From positions 16,267 through 80,266 of IMG/VR virus record IMGVR_UViG_3300031920_000341: a stretch of 64,000 nt of DNA. The stretch is one strand, 5' to 3'. Below, one piece after another: positions 8,370-19,074 of the stretch (its first letter is position 1; every line of letters begins with the position of its first letter). A program made the translations under genes and the position numbers. Under the pieces are notes generated by a model. That model made no database searches and was not told where the DNA came from. It saw only the letters and a program-made list of their open reading frames with translations. Source of the DNA: a virus. Its lineage: Duplodnaviria > Heunggongvirae > Uroviricota > Caudoviricetes.

Positions 8370-10103
8370 ATGCCAGGTATAAGAACATTACAAGAAATTT
8401 ATAAAGACAAGAGCGAGGATTTTTTAGTCAAATTATTAAATTCCTTTGTTATAGTTAACCAACAAAATCAAGGTTCTTTTTTTTCATTTCATAAAGAAGA
8501 TGGTGAAGTTATATTTTCAAAGAAAGGTGGTATAATTACTCATATTGATAGGATTCTTATGAAATATTACGAAAGTGCCATATTACAAGTAAATCAAATA
8601 CCTGCAGATGTAATGTCACAAATTGATGATGGATATCAATTCTGTTTTGATTATATTCCTGACGAACCTGCTAAAATGAGCTTAACTTATATTGTAAACA
8701 TGCAAACAAACAAGCATGTACATACTAATGTTGAACTTCAAAAATGGGCTAAATTATTTAATGTCAATGGACCTAATATTTTATTTGAAGGATTTCTTTC
8801 AGATGAACAAAAGAAAGATATACTTGATTTTGTATATGCTGATGAAGAAAAACTGATCAGTAAATATAAAAAATATAGTTTTACTGCATTTTTATGTAAT
8901 TTATTTGGCATAGACGAAGCTAATGAAAATTTAAAATCTATAGTATTTAGGTTTTATTATGCAGGAAAAGAAACAGGAGCATATATCGGAAAGATGATTG
9001 ATCCATTATTTAAACATAGAACTAAAGATAATGAAAAGATACATGATATTGGTGTTAATGATTATGTGTATCTAATAATAATTGATTTAATGAATTTTAT
9101 TGAAAAGTATACAATACGTGATTTAAAACGTATGGTTAAACTTGGGCCGAATCAATATGATAATTATATTCTTTTAATGAATGCAATATTTAAAGAATTT
9201 ATTGCTGAGTTTGGTGAGAAGTATTTTAATATTAAAATTGAACCACCAAAATTTATGCAAAATGATATATTTGATATAAATTCAGATATGCTTGACGATA
9301 ATGCAGTAAAAGTACTTCTTGATATACATCCGAATTACAAAGAGATTTATAAAATATTATTAAATTTCTTTAGAAAGAAAAGGAAAAAGCCAAATGGTAT
9401 TTTTGATAAAAACTTACTTATGTACTTTAATGATTTGGTTAATAAACTTAATAAATATGTATTAAGTACCGATGTAATGGAAACAAGTATTCCATCATTC
9501 AATGAATATATTTCACCATTATCTGAAAACTTTACAATATACAATCCTTTATCGGATAAGAACAGTTTTAAAGCGTATCGTAAAACATTACCAATTACAG
9601 TATTGGTTGATGAATTCCAACCATTTTCAAATAAGCATGTTAATAATATGCTTGCAATGCACAAGAAATATAGAAATAAAATTGTATTATTCCCCATATA
9701 TAACGAATCAACATCAATGTTTTCTGGTCAACTTATGCAAAATATGATGTCCAAATTGATGAATGAATTCAGTAAAGTAATACATGGATATTATTTAGTC
9801 GAAAATGAATCTATGGATGGTATAGTTGATAAATTATATCCGGAGTACAAACTTAAGCATTTAAGCTCAAGTGCTCCTAGAATACGCGATTACGTCCTCT
9901 ATCTTGATTTTTTAAAGAACAAGAAGAAAGAGTTAAACATTGATAGAGATTTTACTATGGTATCTTTAGATTATGACAATACAGAAATAATAAATGCATT
10001 ACTTGAGGACAACTATCAGCTGTTCTCAGAAAATGTACCATCCTGCCTACATATGTTTTTTCCTGAAATGCGACACTCAATGAGTCAGCGTCAAGAAACA
10101 TAA
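8370..10103 (+). CDS. Two-domain protein: degenerate RNA-ligase-like N-domain plus degenerate HIGH nucleotidyltransferase-like C-domain
   Basis: VIVNQQNQGSFFSF (cf. EKxDGS), PNILFEG, KSIVFRF (cf. EGxV), GKMIDPLF; C-domain VLVDEFQPFSNKH (cf. GRFQPFHxGH). Confidence 0.5.
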   Translation: MPGIRTLQEIYKDKSEDFLVKLLNSFVIVNQQNQGSFFSFHKEDGEVIFSKKGGIITHIDRILMKYYESAILQVNQIPADVMSQIDDGYQFCFDYIPDEPAKMSLTYIVNMQTNKHVHTNVELQKWAKLFNVNGPNILFEGFLSDEQKKDILDFVYADEEKLISKYKKYSFTAFLCNLFGIDEANENLKSIVFRFYYAGKETGAYIGKMIDPLFKHRTKDNEKIHDIGVNDYVYLIIIDLMNFIEKYTIRDLKRMVKLGPNQYDNYILLMNAIFKEFIAEFGEKYFNIKIEPPKFMQNDIFDINSDMLDDNAVKVLLDIHPNYKEIYKILLNFFRKKRKKPNGIFDKNLLMYFNDLVNKLNKYVLSTDVMETSIPSFNEYISPLSENFTIYNPLSDKNSFKAYRKTLPITVLVDEFQPFSNKHVNNMLAMHKKYRNKIVLFPIYNESTSMFSGQLMQNMMSKLMNEFSKVIHGYYLVENESMDGIVDKLYPEYKLKHLSSSAPRIRDYVLYLDFLKNKKKELNIDRDFTMVSLDYDNTEIINALLEDNYQLFSENVPSCLHMFFPEMRHSMSQRQET

Positions 10104-10133
10104 GCTATAAATTCAAATAAATAAAAATAAAAA

Positions 10134-10322
10134 ATGGCGAAGAGTGCGAAAAAGAATTATTTAAATTATATCGCTGGTAAAGAGCCATTAGAACATGCTG
10201 TACTTCATCAAGGAGATGAAACGCCTATACATGACTTTATTAATAAGAACATAAATAGACGTTTTTGGGTTTTACCGTTTGAGAAATATAAGAAGTCACA
10301 GAAAAATAAAGGTAAAAAATAA
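10134..10322 (+). CDS. Small basic hypothetical protein
   Basis: 62-aa ORF after TAAATA (10118-10123); stop overlaps the next ATG. Confidence 0.6.
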   Translation: MAKSAKKNYLNYIAGKEPLEHAVLHQGDETPIHDFINKNINRRFWVLPFEKYKKSQKNKGKK

Positions 10323-12244
10323 TGAGCATATTCACAAGCTTACATGGATTTTCTTTCATAAACGAAAATAAAGGTGTTGTACATGTTGATGTATCTGCAC
10401 TTAATAACAGTGAATTAGTTCAATTTGCAAATTATTTAAATAAAACTAATTTAAAGTATAATAGTGCAGGTGGCAGTATTATGGAAATATGGTCAGATAA
10501 GTCTGGTAATGAAATAATAGATTTACTTAATAAATCAAATGTTGGCAGTAAACTTAAAGTAAAAATTGCTAGTGTTGAAGATTTTCATTTAGAAGTAATT
10601 AATGATTTAGATACAAGAAATTATTCTGATGATGAATTTAAAGGAATAATGAATAAATACCGAGCTGATATTGATAGTAGAATGGGTGAACTTACAGCTA
10701 AGATTAATAGTATGGAAGATAATTTTGATCCATATAAGTTAACAGAAATAAAAAACTTGGTACTTTCACAATCAAAATACATTGAAGATTTAAAAGGCAA
10801 ACTAGAACTTGAATCTTCGAACCGTAAGAATATGCAAGATTACATTAATACAATGCGTAGTCAAATTGATAATCTTAATGTTCAAAACACACAACAAACA
10901 GTTGAAATACAAAGAGTAATTGAAAATAAAATTGATGATATCAATGTAAGAATTGATGATATATTAGATACCACAAATACAAATACACGTAAAGTAGAAG
11001 GTGACATTAGACGTCTTGTTACTGAATTTGATAGCATACGAGATGTACGTGAAAAAGATGATGCACGTGTAATAGAACTTGAAAGAAAAATTGATGCATT
11101 AAGTAAAAAATTAGAAAAGGGTGATACTGGCGGTTTAGTTAACTCTGTACTTATTGCAAATATTGCTGAAGATATTGAAACATATACTAAAACTAGGCAA
11201 AAAACTGTTGATGAAATTACTGCTCAACATATGGCAATTGAGGCACAATTAAAAGAACTAAAAGATACTGATCCTGAAAATTTCAAAATAATGACTGAAG
11301 GATTAGGCGAAATCACTAAAACTAAAATTGCTATTTTAAATGTAGTTGAGGCTAAAAAGAAAGAAGGAAAACCTGAAGAAGAAGATAAAACCAAACCTGA
11401 AGGTGAAGAAACTTTTGATTTTGGTAAAAAGGATCATATGACAGGTAATCAATATGTACATACAATTCATTTACCTATTGATAAAATGGTTATTTTAAAT
11501 GATCTTGAAAAAATTAAAGTTATTGGAAAACAAAGGGAAAAGAAATTTGATCCTGAACTTGATAGTACAATGGCAAAAGTTTCTCGTGGCTTACATAATC
11601 TAATGGGATATGATGCTGAAAATGAAGCTGCTCATGTGCTTGAATTTTATAGTGATTTTCGTGATGCTGTTGGTTCATTAACCGAATGGATATTTGCTAA
11701 TCCTGTTGCAATGCTAACAGGTATTGCAGGTGGTACAGTTGGTGCTCTTGTTGGTAAATCAAAAGAAGGATATGCTGCCGGAGCAGATTCTGCAGCAACA
11801 GTTGGAGAATTTATAAAACATGAAATGATTCAAAATCCCGGAGAATTAAATCCGGCCATTATAAAATTTGAAAATTGGGTAAGAGATAAATTACATCTTG
11901 GTATAAAAACCGAAAAACCTGTTGAATCAAACGTAACCCCAGCATCAATTAGTGAAAATATGGAAGCTGGAGCTGTTGCTACACCCGATACATCAAGTGG
12001 AATGGGAGCAACACCTGGAACTACATTTGATACTGGATTAAGTATATCTGGAGCTGGAGCTGCTTTTGCACCTACAGAAACTAAAGATGGTTCGGGTGAT
12101 AAATTTGAACCGGTTGGAAAGAAACAAAAGAAGAAAAAGAAAGGTGCATATAAGCAACAGCATAGATATGTTCCATTTCAAATACAAGATTTTGCTACAT
12201 ATAGTAGTACACTAAAAAAAATAAATTATTATGATTGTTTATGA
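10322..12244 (+). CDS. Coiled-coil putative internal virion protein
   Basis: 640 aa with long heptad region; FINE and ISE protease-site-like motifs; Gly/Thr-rich and Lys-rich C-terminus. Confidence 0.55.
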   Translation: MSIFTSLHGFSFINENKGVVHVDVSALNNSELVQFANYLNKTNLKYNSAGGSIMEIWSDKSGNEIIDLLNKSNVGSKLKVKIASVEDFHLEVINDLDTRNYSDDEFKGIMNKYRADIDSRMGELTAKINSMEDNFDPYKLTEIKNLVLSQSKYIEDLKGKLELESSNRKNMQDYINTMRSQIDNLNVQNTQQTVEIQRVIENKIDDINVRIDDILDTTNTNTRKVEGDIRRLVTEFDSIRDVREKDDARVIELERKIDALSKKLEKGDTGGLVNSVLIANIAEDIETYTKTRQKTVDEITAQHMAIEAQLKELKDTDPENFKIMTEGLGEITKTKIAILNVVEAKKKEGKPEEEDKTKPEGEETFDFGKKDHMTGNQYVHTIHLPIDKMVILNDLEKIKVIGKQREKKFDPELDSTMAKVSRGLHNLMGYDAENEAAHVLEFYSDFRDAVGSLTEWIFANPVAMLTGIAGGTVGALVGKSKEGYAAGADSAATVGEFIKHEMIQNPGELNPAIIKFENWVRDKLHLGIKTEKPVESNVTPASISENMEAGAVATPDTSSGMGATPGTTFDTGLSISGAGAAFAPTETKDGSGDKFEPVGKKQKKKKKGAYKQQHRYVPFQIQDFATYSSTLKKINYYDCL

Positions 12245-13244
12245 ATTTAAAGATTATCTCGAAGTTAAAGAAAGCATCAGACGAATAGATGAAACTAGGC
12301 TAGGTGATTGGCTAGGTAAAATGAAAGACAAATTAAAAAGTTGGCTTAGAGGTTCAACTACAAAGATTGATAACCTTATCGGTCCTCCAATATTAGATAA
12401 AATGATTGATAAAAAAACCGGTAAACTTATAGGTAATATTGTTAATCAAGATGATATTGCTAATGAAACTATACCAATATCACAAATTCTTGATAATGTA
12501 AAAAATAATATAAAAACAGGTAAATTCTTTTTAACTGGATTACAATTTTTACAAGATTCACTTGAAAAGACTGATAATAAATTTAAACAAGATATTGCAG
12601 GTAAAACATTAAAAGAATCAATTGATGCAAATTCAACAGATAATGTTAAACAAGCAGCGGCTGGTGCATTAAAAGATAGAGGGATTGAATATGAACAAGC
12701 ATTTCGTAAAAGTGTTAAGGGTGTTAAAGCCAATCTTGAAAAAGAAATAAGTCAACTTGTTAATTCAATTGGTGCTAATAAAATGCCTACAATTAAATTA
12801 ATGGCTGAGGCACGTTTTATGAATGCTCAGAATGTTTTACTATTAATTGAATACTTATTCAAAAAACGTCGTTGGAAAGTTGAAGACTTAAAAGAACTTG
12901 GTGATGAAATGGTTGATTCATATAAGAAAACCTTGGAACTCGAAGCCGATCTTGCTGAAAAAATAAAGGAAGCAGAAGATGAAATTAATGCTGCTGTTCC
13001 GGATTCAACAGATCCTAATGATTCAACAGATCCTAATGATTCAACAGATCATAAAGCAGAAGTTTATGCTAAATTTACTCTTGGACAGGAAGTTGATTAT
13101 ACCAAAGTATCTGGTAAAAATGCTGGAACTCCAATTAAAGTTAAAATTGTTGCATTTAATGATTCAGCTGTAGTTATTAAAAGTGTTAATGGAAGTTCAA
13201 ATTATGGAATAGGATATGAGAACTTTTTGGCTCGTACACCATAA
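12231..13244 (+). CDS. Putative internal virion protein
   Basis: N-terminus MIVYEFKDYLEVKES..IDE resembles a T4 capsid-targeting leader; DSTDPN repeats. Confidence 0.55.
   Translation: MIVYEFKDYLEVKESIRRIDETRLGDWLGKMKDKLKSWLRGSTTKIDNLIGPPILDKMIDKKTGKLIGNIVNQDDIANETIPISQILDNVKNNIKTGKFFLTGLQFLQDSLEKTDNKFKQDIAGKTLKESIDANSTDNVKQAAAGALKDRGIEYEQAFRKSVKGVKANLEKEISQLVNSIGANKMPTIKLMAEARFMNAQNVLLLIEYLFKKRRWKVEDLKELGDEMVDSYKKTLELEADLAEKIKEAEDEINAAVPDSTDPNDSTDPNDSTDHKAEVYAKFTLGQEVDYTKVSGKNAGTPIKVKIVAFNDSAVVIKSVNGSSNYGIGYENFLARTP
13002..13050 (+). repeat. In-frame 18-bp tandem repeat GATTCAACAGATCCTAAT x2.7
   Basis: Read directly; encodes DSTDPN-DSTDPN-DSTDH. Confidence 0.95.
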
Positions 13245-13283
13245 TAAAGTACATTTATAAGACATGTCCCATAAATGGGATAT

Positions 13284-13322
13284 AATAGGGACAGAATAAA
13301 GGACATTCTGTCCCTATTTTTA
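13284..13322 (+). terminator. Intrinsic terminator-like hairpin
   Basis: AATAGGGACAGAAT-aaaggac-ATTCTGTCCCTATT followed by a T run. Confidence 0.75.
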
Positions 13323-13387
13323 TCTTATATACAAAGACATTCTATATACTTATTGTTTTACAGATAAATAAAAATAAACATTATATA

Positions 13388-15208
13388 ATGCCAGGAATAA
13401 TTGGAGGAATAATTGGAGGAACAATTCCAGTAGGATCATTTAAAGGAATAGTTGATAAAGTAGGTCCAGATTTTGATGTATATGATAATAAAATAAATGT
13501 AGATGAAGTACCAGGAATGATGGGTACAGAATCTTTATTTAATCAATATAGTGTTTTTTCATTAATTAAAGCATCAGCAAATTCAAGAACTGATTCATAT
13601 AATACTAATGTACATAAAGATGTGCAAAAAAGTTTTGATGATTTTAGTAATTATAGTTTTAGTACAATTACATATGAAGATCCAATAACTGGTAAAATAG
13701 CAGATAATGGAGGATATTTACACTCTGATGATTATTCATCAAATTCTTCAAAAAGACCCACTGCTCAAAATATAATAGATTATGCTAAAGATGAAGGAGG
13801 CTTACAATTAACAGGTCCAATGCCATATTCGTGGTCAGATTTTTTATATTGCAAATACTATGGAATGATACCAAATAATAATCTTATTACATTAAGAAGG
13901 TATCCGCTTCCTGTATATGATAATGCAAAAACACCTAATGGCGAACCAATACCTCCAATTGCACAAGCAGTAACATGGATGGGTGAACAAACTGAGAATA
14001 AAATGTCTGAAGTTATGTCATTCAGTTATGGATTAGTATGGAAAGAGATTGAAGCTGAAGTACAGGATATAGAAGGTATAGAACGAGGATTTGGTGTTGG
14101 AGCAGAAGCCGCTGGAAGTAAATATGTAGGTAAAGCAGGATCTATTTTATCTATGTTTGGCGGTAAAGCCGCACAAAGTAGATGGTCTGGTCTTTCTGAA
14201 AAGGAACAAGATTGGAGAAGAGGAGCCTGGGATAATAATGGACCATACTGGAATCAAGTATATGGACCAGTTAACGTTGTACATAAAACTCATATGCGTG
14301 ATAGAGGTATGGAATTTGATCATACAATAAAATTAAATTTTCATTATTCATTAAAATCAATAAACAGCTTAAATCCAAAAGTTGTTATGCTTGACTTAAT
14401 TTCTAGTTTCCTTAGTTTAACATATAATAATGCTAAGTTTTGGGGTGGTGCAAATAGATACTTTCCAAATTATGCTGATGCTACATTATTCATGGGCGAT
14501 CAAAATGCTTTTTATAGTGGTAATTGGGATGGATATTTTGAAAGTGTAGGAGATAAGTTATCAAGCATGGGTTCAAGTTTAATAGATGGTTTAAAACAAA
14601 TGTTTTCAAAAGGTGGTGGTGGTTTAAGTGAATTACTTAATGTAATAAAGGATAAAGCCGGAAATGCTATAATGGGTAAATTAACAAGACAAAGTAGACC
14701 ACATATTTTATCAATACGTAGTTTATTAAGTGGTGATCCAATTGGAGAATGGCACCTTACAATTGGTAATCCAATGAATCCTTCATTTACGATAGGTAAT
14801 TTAATTGTTGATGATGTTAAAGTAGTATTTGGTGATATACTTGGTGCAGATGATTTTCCAACTGATGTAACATTTACTGTAACACTTAAACACGGAAGAC
14901 CAAGAGATAAGGGTGATATTGAATCTATGTTAAATTACGGTTATGGTAGAATGACATATTCTCCAATGACTCGTATGCCGTCAGCAGCTGGTACATTTGG
15001 TCAAGCATATGTAAAAGATGCAGCAGCAAATGCAGCAGCAGCTATTAGTGGAGGTGCTAAAAATTTAGAAACAGAAACAGAAAAGTTTGTTACTACAGCA
15101 GATACATATAATAGAGTTCATGGTCGTATGAGTAGACAATGGGGTCCTAAATATGCAGATAGTAGTAACTTTGGTTGGATATTAGGTAAAACTAAAGGTA
15201 AGTTTTAA
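13388..15208 (+). CDS. Putative baseplate/tail-associated protein
   Basis: First gene of an operon containing gp53-like and gp5-like genes; preceded by AGATAAATAAA; C-terminal tube-like beta pattern (GNLIVDDVKVVFG...FPTDVTFTVTLK). Confidence 0.55.
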   Translation: MPGIIGGIIGGTIPVGSFKGIVDKVGPDFDVYDNKINVDEVPGMMGTESLFNQYSVFSLIKASANSRTDSYNTNVHKDVQKSFDDFSNYSFSTITYEDPITGKIADNGGYLHSDDYSSNSSKRPTAQNIIDYAKDEGGLQLTGPMPYSWSDFLYCKYYGMIPNNNLITLRRYPLPVYDNAKTPNGEPIPPIAQAVTWMGEQTENKMSEVMSFSYGLVWKEIEAEVQDIEGIERGFGVGAEAAGSKYVGKAGSILSMFGGKAAQSRWSGLSEKEQDWRRGAWDNNGPYWNQVYGPVNVVHKTHMRDRGMEFDHTIKLNFHYSLKSINSLNPKVVMLDLISSFLSLTYNNAKFWGGANRYFPNYADATLFMGDQNAFYSGNWDGYFESVGDKLSSMGSSLIDGLKQMFSKGGGGLSELLNVIKDKAGNAIMGKLTRQSRPHILSIRSLLSGDPIGEWHLTIGNPMNPSFTIGNLIVDDVKVVFGDILGADDFPTDVTFTVTLKHGRPRDKGDIESMLNYGYGRMTYSPMTRMPSAAGTFGQAYVKDAAANAAAAISGGAKNLETETEKFVTTADTYNRVHGRMSRQWGPKYADSSNFGWILGKTKGKF

Positions 15209-15222
15209 AATAAAATTGTTGT

Positions 15223-15813
15223 ATGATTACATTAGAAACAATATATAGAAAACCTGCATTTCTTAAATCGGATGGCAATTATGTTATAGACTTAATTAAA
15301 TCTTCTATTAATTACTTATTTTATCCAGATGCCAAAAGTGTAGTTATAGTGACTGATGATTTTCAGATGCGTCCAGATTTGATAGCAGGTAGTACAATGG
15401 GAGATCCAAATAAAATGGATTATATTTTAAAATTCAATGGTGTATCTAATCCATTTTCTCCAATAATTGGTGATGTTTTAGTAATACCAGATGATCAACA
15501 AATGGCTACATCATTTTTTACACCAGAATCTGAAGAAAGCGAACAAGAGAGTGAACTTAAAGTTGCTGCAACAAAACCAGCTTTAGCTAAAGATAAACTA
15601 AGATTAGAATATTTGAAAAGAAAACTAGATGATGCAAATCTACCATTATTGCCTCCAAACATTAATCAACCAGATGCACAAAATATTAAATATAAAAATG
15701 GTAAGATTATATTTGGCGAAGACGTTACAAATTTTAATGAAGATAATTGTCCGGTTGTATTAACAAGAGCACGTGTTAAGGAAAGACTTCTTAGTAAAAA
15801 AATATTTGCATAA
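15223..15813 (+). CDS. Baseplate wedge protein, gp53/LysM-like
   Basis: MRPDLIA...ILKFNGVSNPF...GDVLVIP LysM-like pattern. Confidence 0.7.
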   Translation: MITLETIYRKPAFLKSDGNYVIDLIKSSINYLFYPDAKSVVIVTDDFQMRPDLIAGSTMGDPNKMDYILKFNGVSNPFSPIIGDVLVIPDDQQMATSFFTPESEESEQESELKVAATKPALAKDKLRLEYLKRKLDDANLPLLPPNINQPDAQNIKYKNGKIIFGEDVTNFNEDNCPVVLTRARVKERLLSKKIFA

Positions 15814-17285
15814 TGGGTGTTAAATTAAAAACATATACTCAGCCAACAATACCATTAAAAGAAATGGCAATAATGGATACTGAAACACCTGATAATGAAG
15901 TAGGTGCTGAAGATACATCAGTATTAAAAAGTAGATTAACAGGTAGAATATCGCCATATCTTAAAATTGATGGATTTGTTTTGGATCATCATTCTATTAT
16001 ATCAATGGAAATAGATATTAAAGGAAATATACCAAAATATTCATTTACAATAATTGATAAAAATGGTGTATTTGCATCAAACCATATTCCAAAAAGCGAT
16101 ATTATAGCCAATTTATATATAAGATCTAGTAATGATACATATAAACCTATTCGTAATGATATTTATATAACACAGATTACTCCACTTGGTAGAGGAACTC
16201 CAGCTGAAGCATCTGAGGGTAAGGGTAATACGTATTTAATAAAGGGTATATTATTTATACCTAATATTAGTGACAAAAGCACAGCAAAGGCTTATCCTGG
16301 TACATCTAAAAATGCTTTACTTAAAATATCAGAAAATTTAAAATTAGGATTTGTTACAAATGAAGATGTAACAGTAGATTCTATGAATTGGCTTAAGCTT
16401 GATTCATATTATCAAGCAATAAATGATATAACGAAAAGTGCATATAAAAATGAAAATAGTTTTTATGATTGGTTTATTGATCCTTATTATTGTTTAAATT
16501 TTATTAATATTTCTGATATGCTTAATAGTGATGATAATTGGGATTATTTTATTCCGCAATTTGTTGGCGGTATTAAATATTTGAAAACATCATCACGTGG
16601 CGGCGGAGCAAAAGAACCTATTAAAAATATTGAAAATTCCGATATACCATTAATGCTTTCTAATTTATCTAATTTATCCGGTCTTGATAATTTTATTTCA
16701 TCATATAAATTAGTTACAAAACAAGGTTTAACATTAAATGAATATTCATATATGCATGGGTTAAATTTTTATGAGAGTACTGAACCATATAAAGAACCGA
16801 GTGAAAATTTTGTTAGTTATAATTTATCATCATATGAGATGTATAAAATAAAAAATACTGATATTAAAGATGTTAAAAGATATACTTATGGCGGTATAGA
16901 ATATCACAATGGACATGAATTTTATGTACATGCACAGACAATGAATAAGAAAAATTTATCTGAATTAAATAATATAAACCTTGTAGTTGAAACCGATGAA
17001 GTAAATTTTCATATAGTACGTGGTATGCGTATTCCTGTATTTATAATTAAAGAAGGCTTAGAAACAAGAAATGAGGATACTGATTCACAATTAGAAGATA
17101 ATAAAAGTAAAGCATTGAAGAAGATAGAAGATATTTTACAAATTAATATAAGTAATGTATTAACAGGATATTATTTTGTTCGCGGAATCAAATACACATA
17201 TGGTTTAAGCAATAGAGATGGATACTTCTTTAAAACAGAATTTACATTGGCAAAAACTGTATGGGAAGATTTTTTTAAAAATTAA
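15813..17285 (+). CDS. Putative baseplate hub protein (gp27/VgrG-like)
   Basis: Position between gp53-like and gp5-like genes; C-terminal LTGYYFVRGIKYTY...TEFTLAK hub-like ending. Confidence 0.5.
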   Translation: MGVKLKTYTQPTIPLKEMAIMDTETPDNEVGAEDTSVLKSRLTGRISPYLKIDGFVLDHHSIISMEIDIKGNIPKYSFTIIDKNGVFASNHIPKSDIIANLYIRSSNDTYKPIRNDIYITQITPLGRGTPAEASEGKGNTYLIKGILFIPNISDKSTAKAYPGTSKNALLKISENLKLGFVTNEDVTVDSMNWLKLDSYYQAINDITKSAYKNENSFYDWFIDPYYCLNFINISDMLNSDDNWDYFIPQFVGGIKYLKTSSRGGGAKEPIKNIENSDIPLMLSNLSNLSGLDNFISSYKLVTKQGLTLNEYSYMHGLNFYESTEPYKEPSENFVSYNLSSYEMYKIKNTDIKDVKRYTYGGIEYHNGHEFYVHAQTMNKKNLSELNNINLVVETDEVNFHIVRGMRIPVFIIKEGLETRNEDTDSQLEDNKSKALKKIEDILQINISNVLTGYYFVRGIKYTYGLSNRDGYFFKTEFTLAKTVWEDFFKN

Positions 17286-17294
17286 TAAAAAGTA

Positions 17295-18314
17295 ATGTAT
17301 AATTTTATAAATGTATTTAATAATGTAGAAAGATTTAGAAGGGGTTATATTGAAGCGCCCGAAGGTAGAGATGAACCAACATTTTTAACATTTTCAATTG
17401 ATTTTGATTTTGAATCTACATTTAATAATGAATTTTTTGGTTTATATGATAGTCCATTATTTCAAGAAACCGATCCGCAATATAGTGCAATACACTTTTT
17501 AGAAAATAGGGGATTTAGGGCAGAGGCTGCTAGATTACGTGAATTTAGAACTTTGCTTCATTATATTACTGTATATGAACCTTGGTTTTTCCAATCTATA
17601 AGCGGATTAGGTGGTTTATGGAAAGGCGCAACTCAAATGGATCAAAATTATAAAGGCAAAGAAAAGGTTGTTGAAATACAAACATTAGAATCACTTGATC
17701 TTACTGTTACATATCTTGCTGATTTATATAGAAATGCGGTATATGATATGATATACATGAGAGAATTATTACCTGAAAATCTAAGGTATTTTTCTATGGA
17801 TATTTATGTTTCTGAATTTAGGAATCTAAAAACACTTCTTGAAAATGCTGTATTTACTGGTATTATGAAAACAAGTGCTACAACAGATCTTTTATCAAGA
17901 GGTTTAGAATTAGTAAGAGGAGCATCAAATTATTTTGAAAAGAATTCATCATTTATAAAGTTCACTTGTAATTTTTGTGAATTTGATTTTTCTGGTTCAC
18001 TTCCAGTACAGGATGGTATGAATGTTCATACACCAGAACTAGCTACCAATAAATTTGCAATTAAAACAAATTGGTATAGAGAAACAAGTAACTATCCATT
18101 ACATCCAGTTAAAACCGAACAAAAACTTTCAAAGCATAAAGACAATGATGGTGAATGGTTAAATAAGAAAATGGTTAATTTAAATGATATTGCAAATTCT
18201 GTTTCTACAATAATAAGTAGTGGACAGTATCTTAAAAATACCTTTAGTGATTTAGGTACATTCAATGGAGGAACTGGTGCTTCTGCTTCTAATAGTGGAT
18301 ACTATGGTAATTAA
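17295..18314 (+). CDS. Putative baseplate/tail-tube initiator protein
   Basis: Operon context; tube-protein-like segments (FFQSISGL, IQTLESLD, MDIYVSEFR, FTCNFCEFDF). Confidence 0.45.
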   Translation: MYNFINVFNNVERFRRGYIEAPEGRDEPTFLTFSIDFDFESTFNNEFFGLYDSPLFQETDPQYSAIHFLENRGFRAEAARLREFRTLLHYITVYEPWFFQSISGLGGLWKGATQMDQNYKGKEKVVEIQTLESLDLTVTYLADLYRNAVYDMIYMRELLPENLRYFSMDIYVSEFRNLKTLLENAVFTGIMKTSATTDLLSRGLELVRGASNYFEKNSSFIKFTCNFCEFDFSGSLPVQDGMNVHTPELATNKFAIKTNWYRETSNYPLHPVKTEQKLSKHKDNDGEWLNKKMVNLNDIANSVSTIISSGQYLKNTFSDLGTFNGGTGASASNSGYYGN

Positions 18315-18330
18315 TTAAAAATTTATTAAT

Positions 18331-19074
18331 ATGCAATTAACTGATAATTATATAGGAACAATAGAGGATATCGATGATCCTCAAAAAAGCGGTAGAACTA
18401 AAATTAGAATCCCATGGTTACATGGTGATATAGAAACACAATATTTACCATGGGCTACACAATTAAATGCTGAAATATTTGGATTAGATGCTCGTGCAGG
18501 GAATATATCTATACCTAAAGTTGGTGGAGTTGTTAATGTTCACTTTAGAGATAATGATATGTATAAACCAGAATATACTTCCATACAAGAACTTGCAACT
18601 GATGTATTAGATGAATTAAATAATGAATATGTCGGAACACACATTTTTGCATTTGATGGTGATGTTAAACTTAAAATGTATTATACTAAGACCAAAGGTT
18701 TAACATTTATGTTAGATGGTTCAAGAATTAATATAGCTACAGATAATGTTGTTACTATTGAACATAAAGATAGTACATCAATGATAGAACTTGATGGTGG
18801 AACAATAACAGTTACATCAGATAGCCAAGTTAATATAACTGCCGGTACACGTATTAAATCTGAAGCACAAGAAATATGGGAAAACGGAAAGATAACAAAG
18901 ATTGGGCATGAACCACAATTTTCAGCGGTATTAGGTGAACCATTAATGGCATTATTACAACTATTGGCACAGATGATTGATGTTAAAATGTATCCAACAC
19001 CACAAGTTGCAGCTGCAGCTGTAGATAAGCTAAAGACTCAAATATTATCGGATACGGTTAGGGTTTCTAAATAA
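18331..19074 (+). CDS. Baseplate central spike, gp5/GpV-like OB fold plus beta-helix
   Basis: YIGTIEDIDDPQKSGRTKIRIPWLHG...LPWA...IPKVGGVVNVHF. Confidence 0.85.
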   Translation: MQLTDNYIGTIEDIDDPQKSGRTKIRIPWLHGDIETQYLPWATQLNAEIFGLDARAGNISIPKVGGVVNVHFRDNDMYKPEYTSIQELATDVLDELNNEYVGTHIFAFDGDVKLKMYYTKTKGLTFMLDGSRINIATDNVVTIEHKDSTSMIELDGGTITVTSDSQVNITAGTRIKSEAQEIWENGKITKIGHEPQFSAVLGEPLMALLQLLAQMIDVKMYPTPQVAAAAVDKLKTQILSDTVRVSK

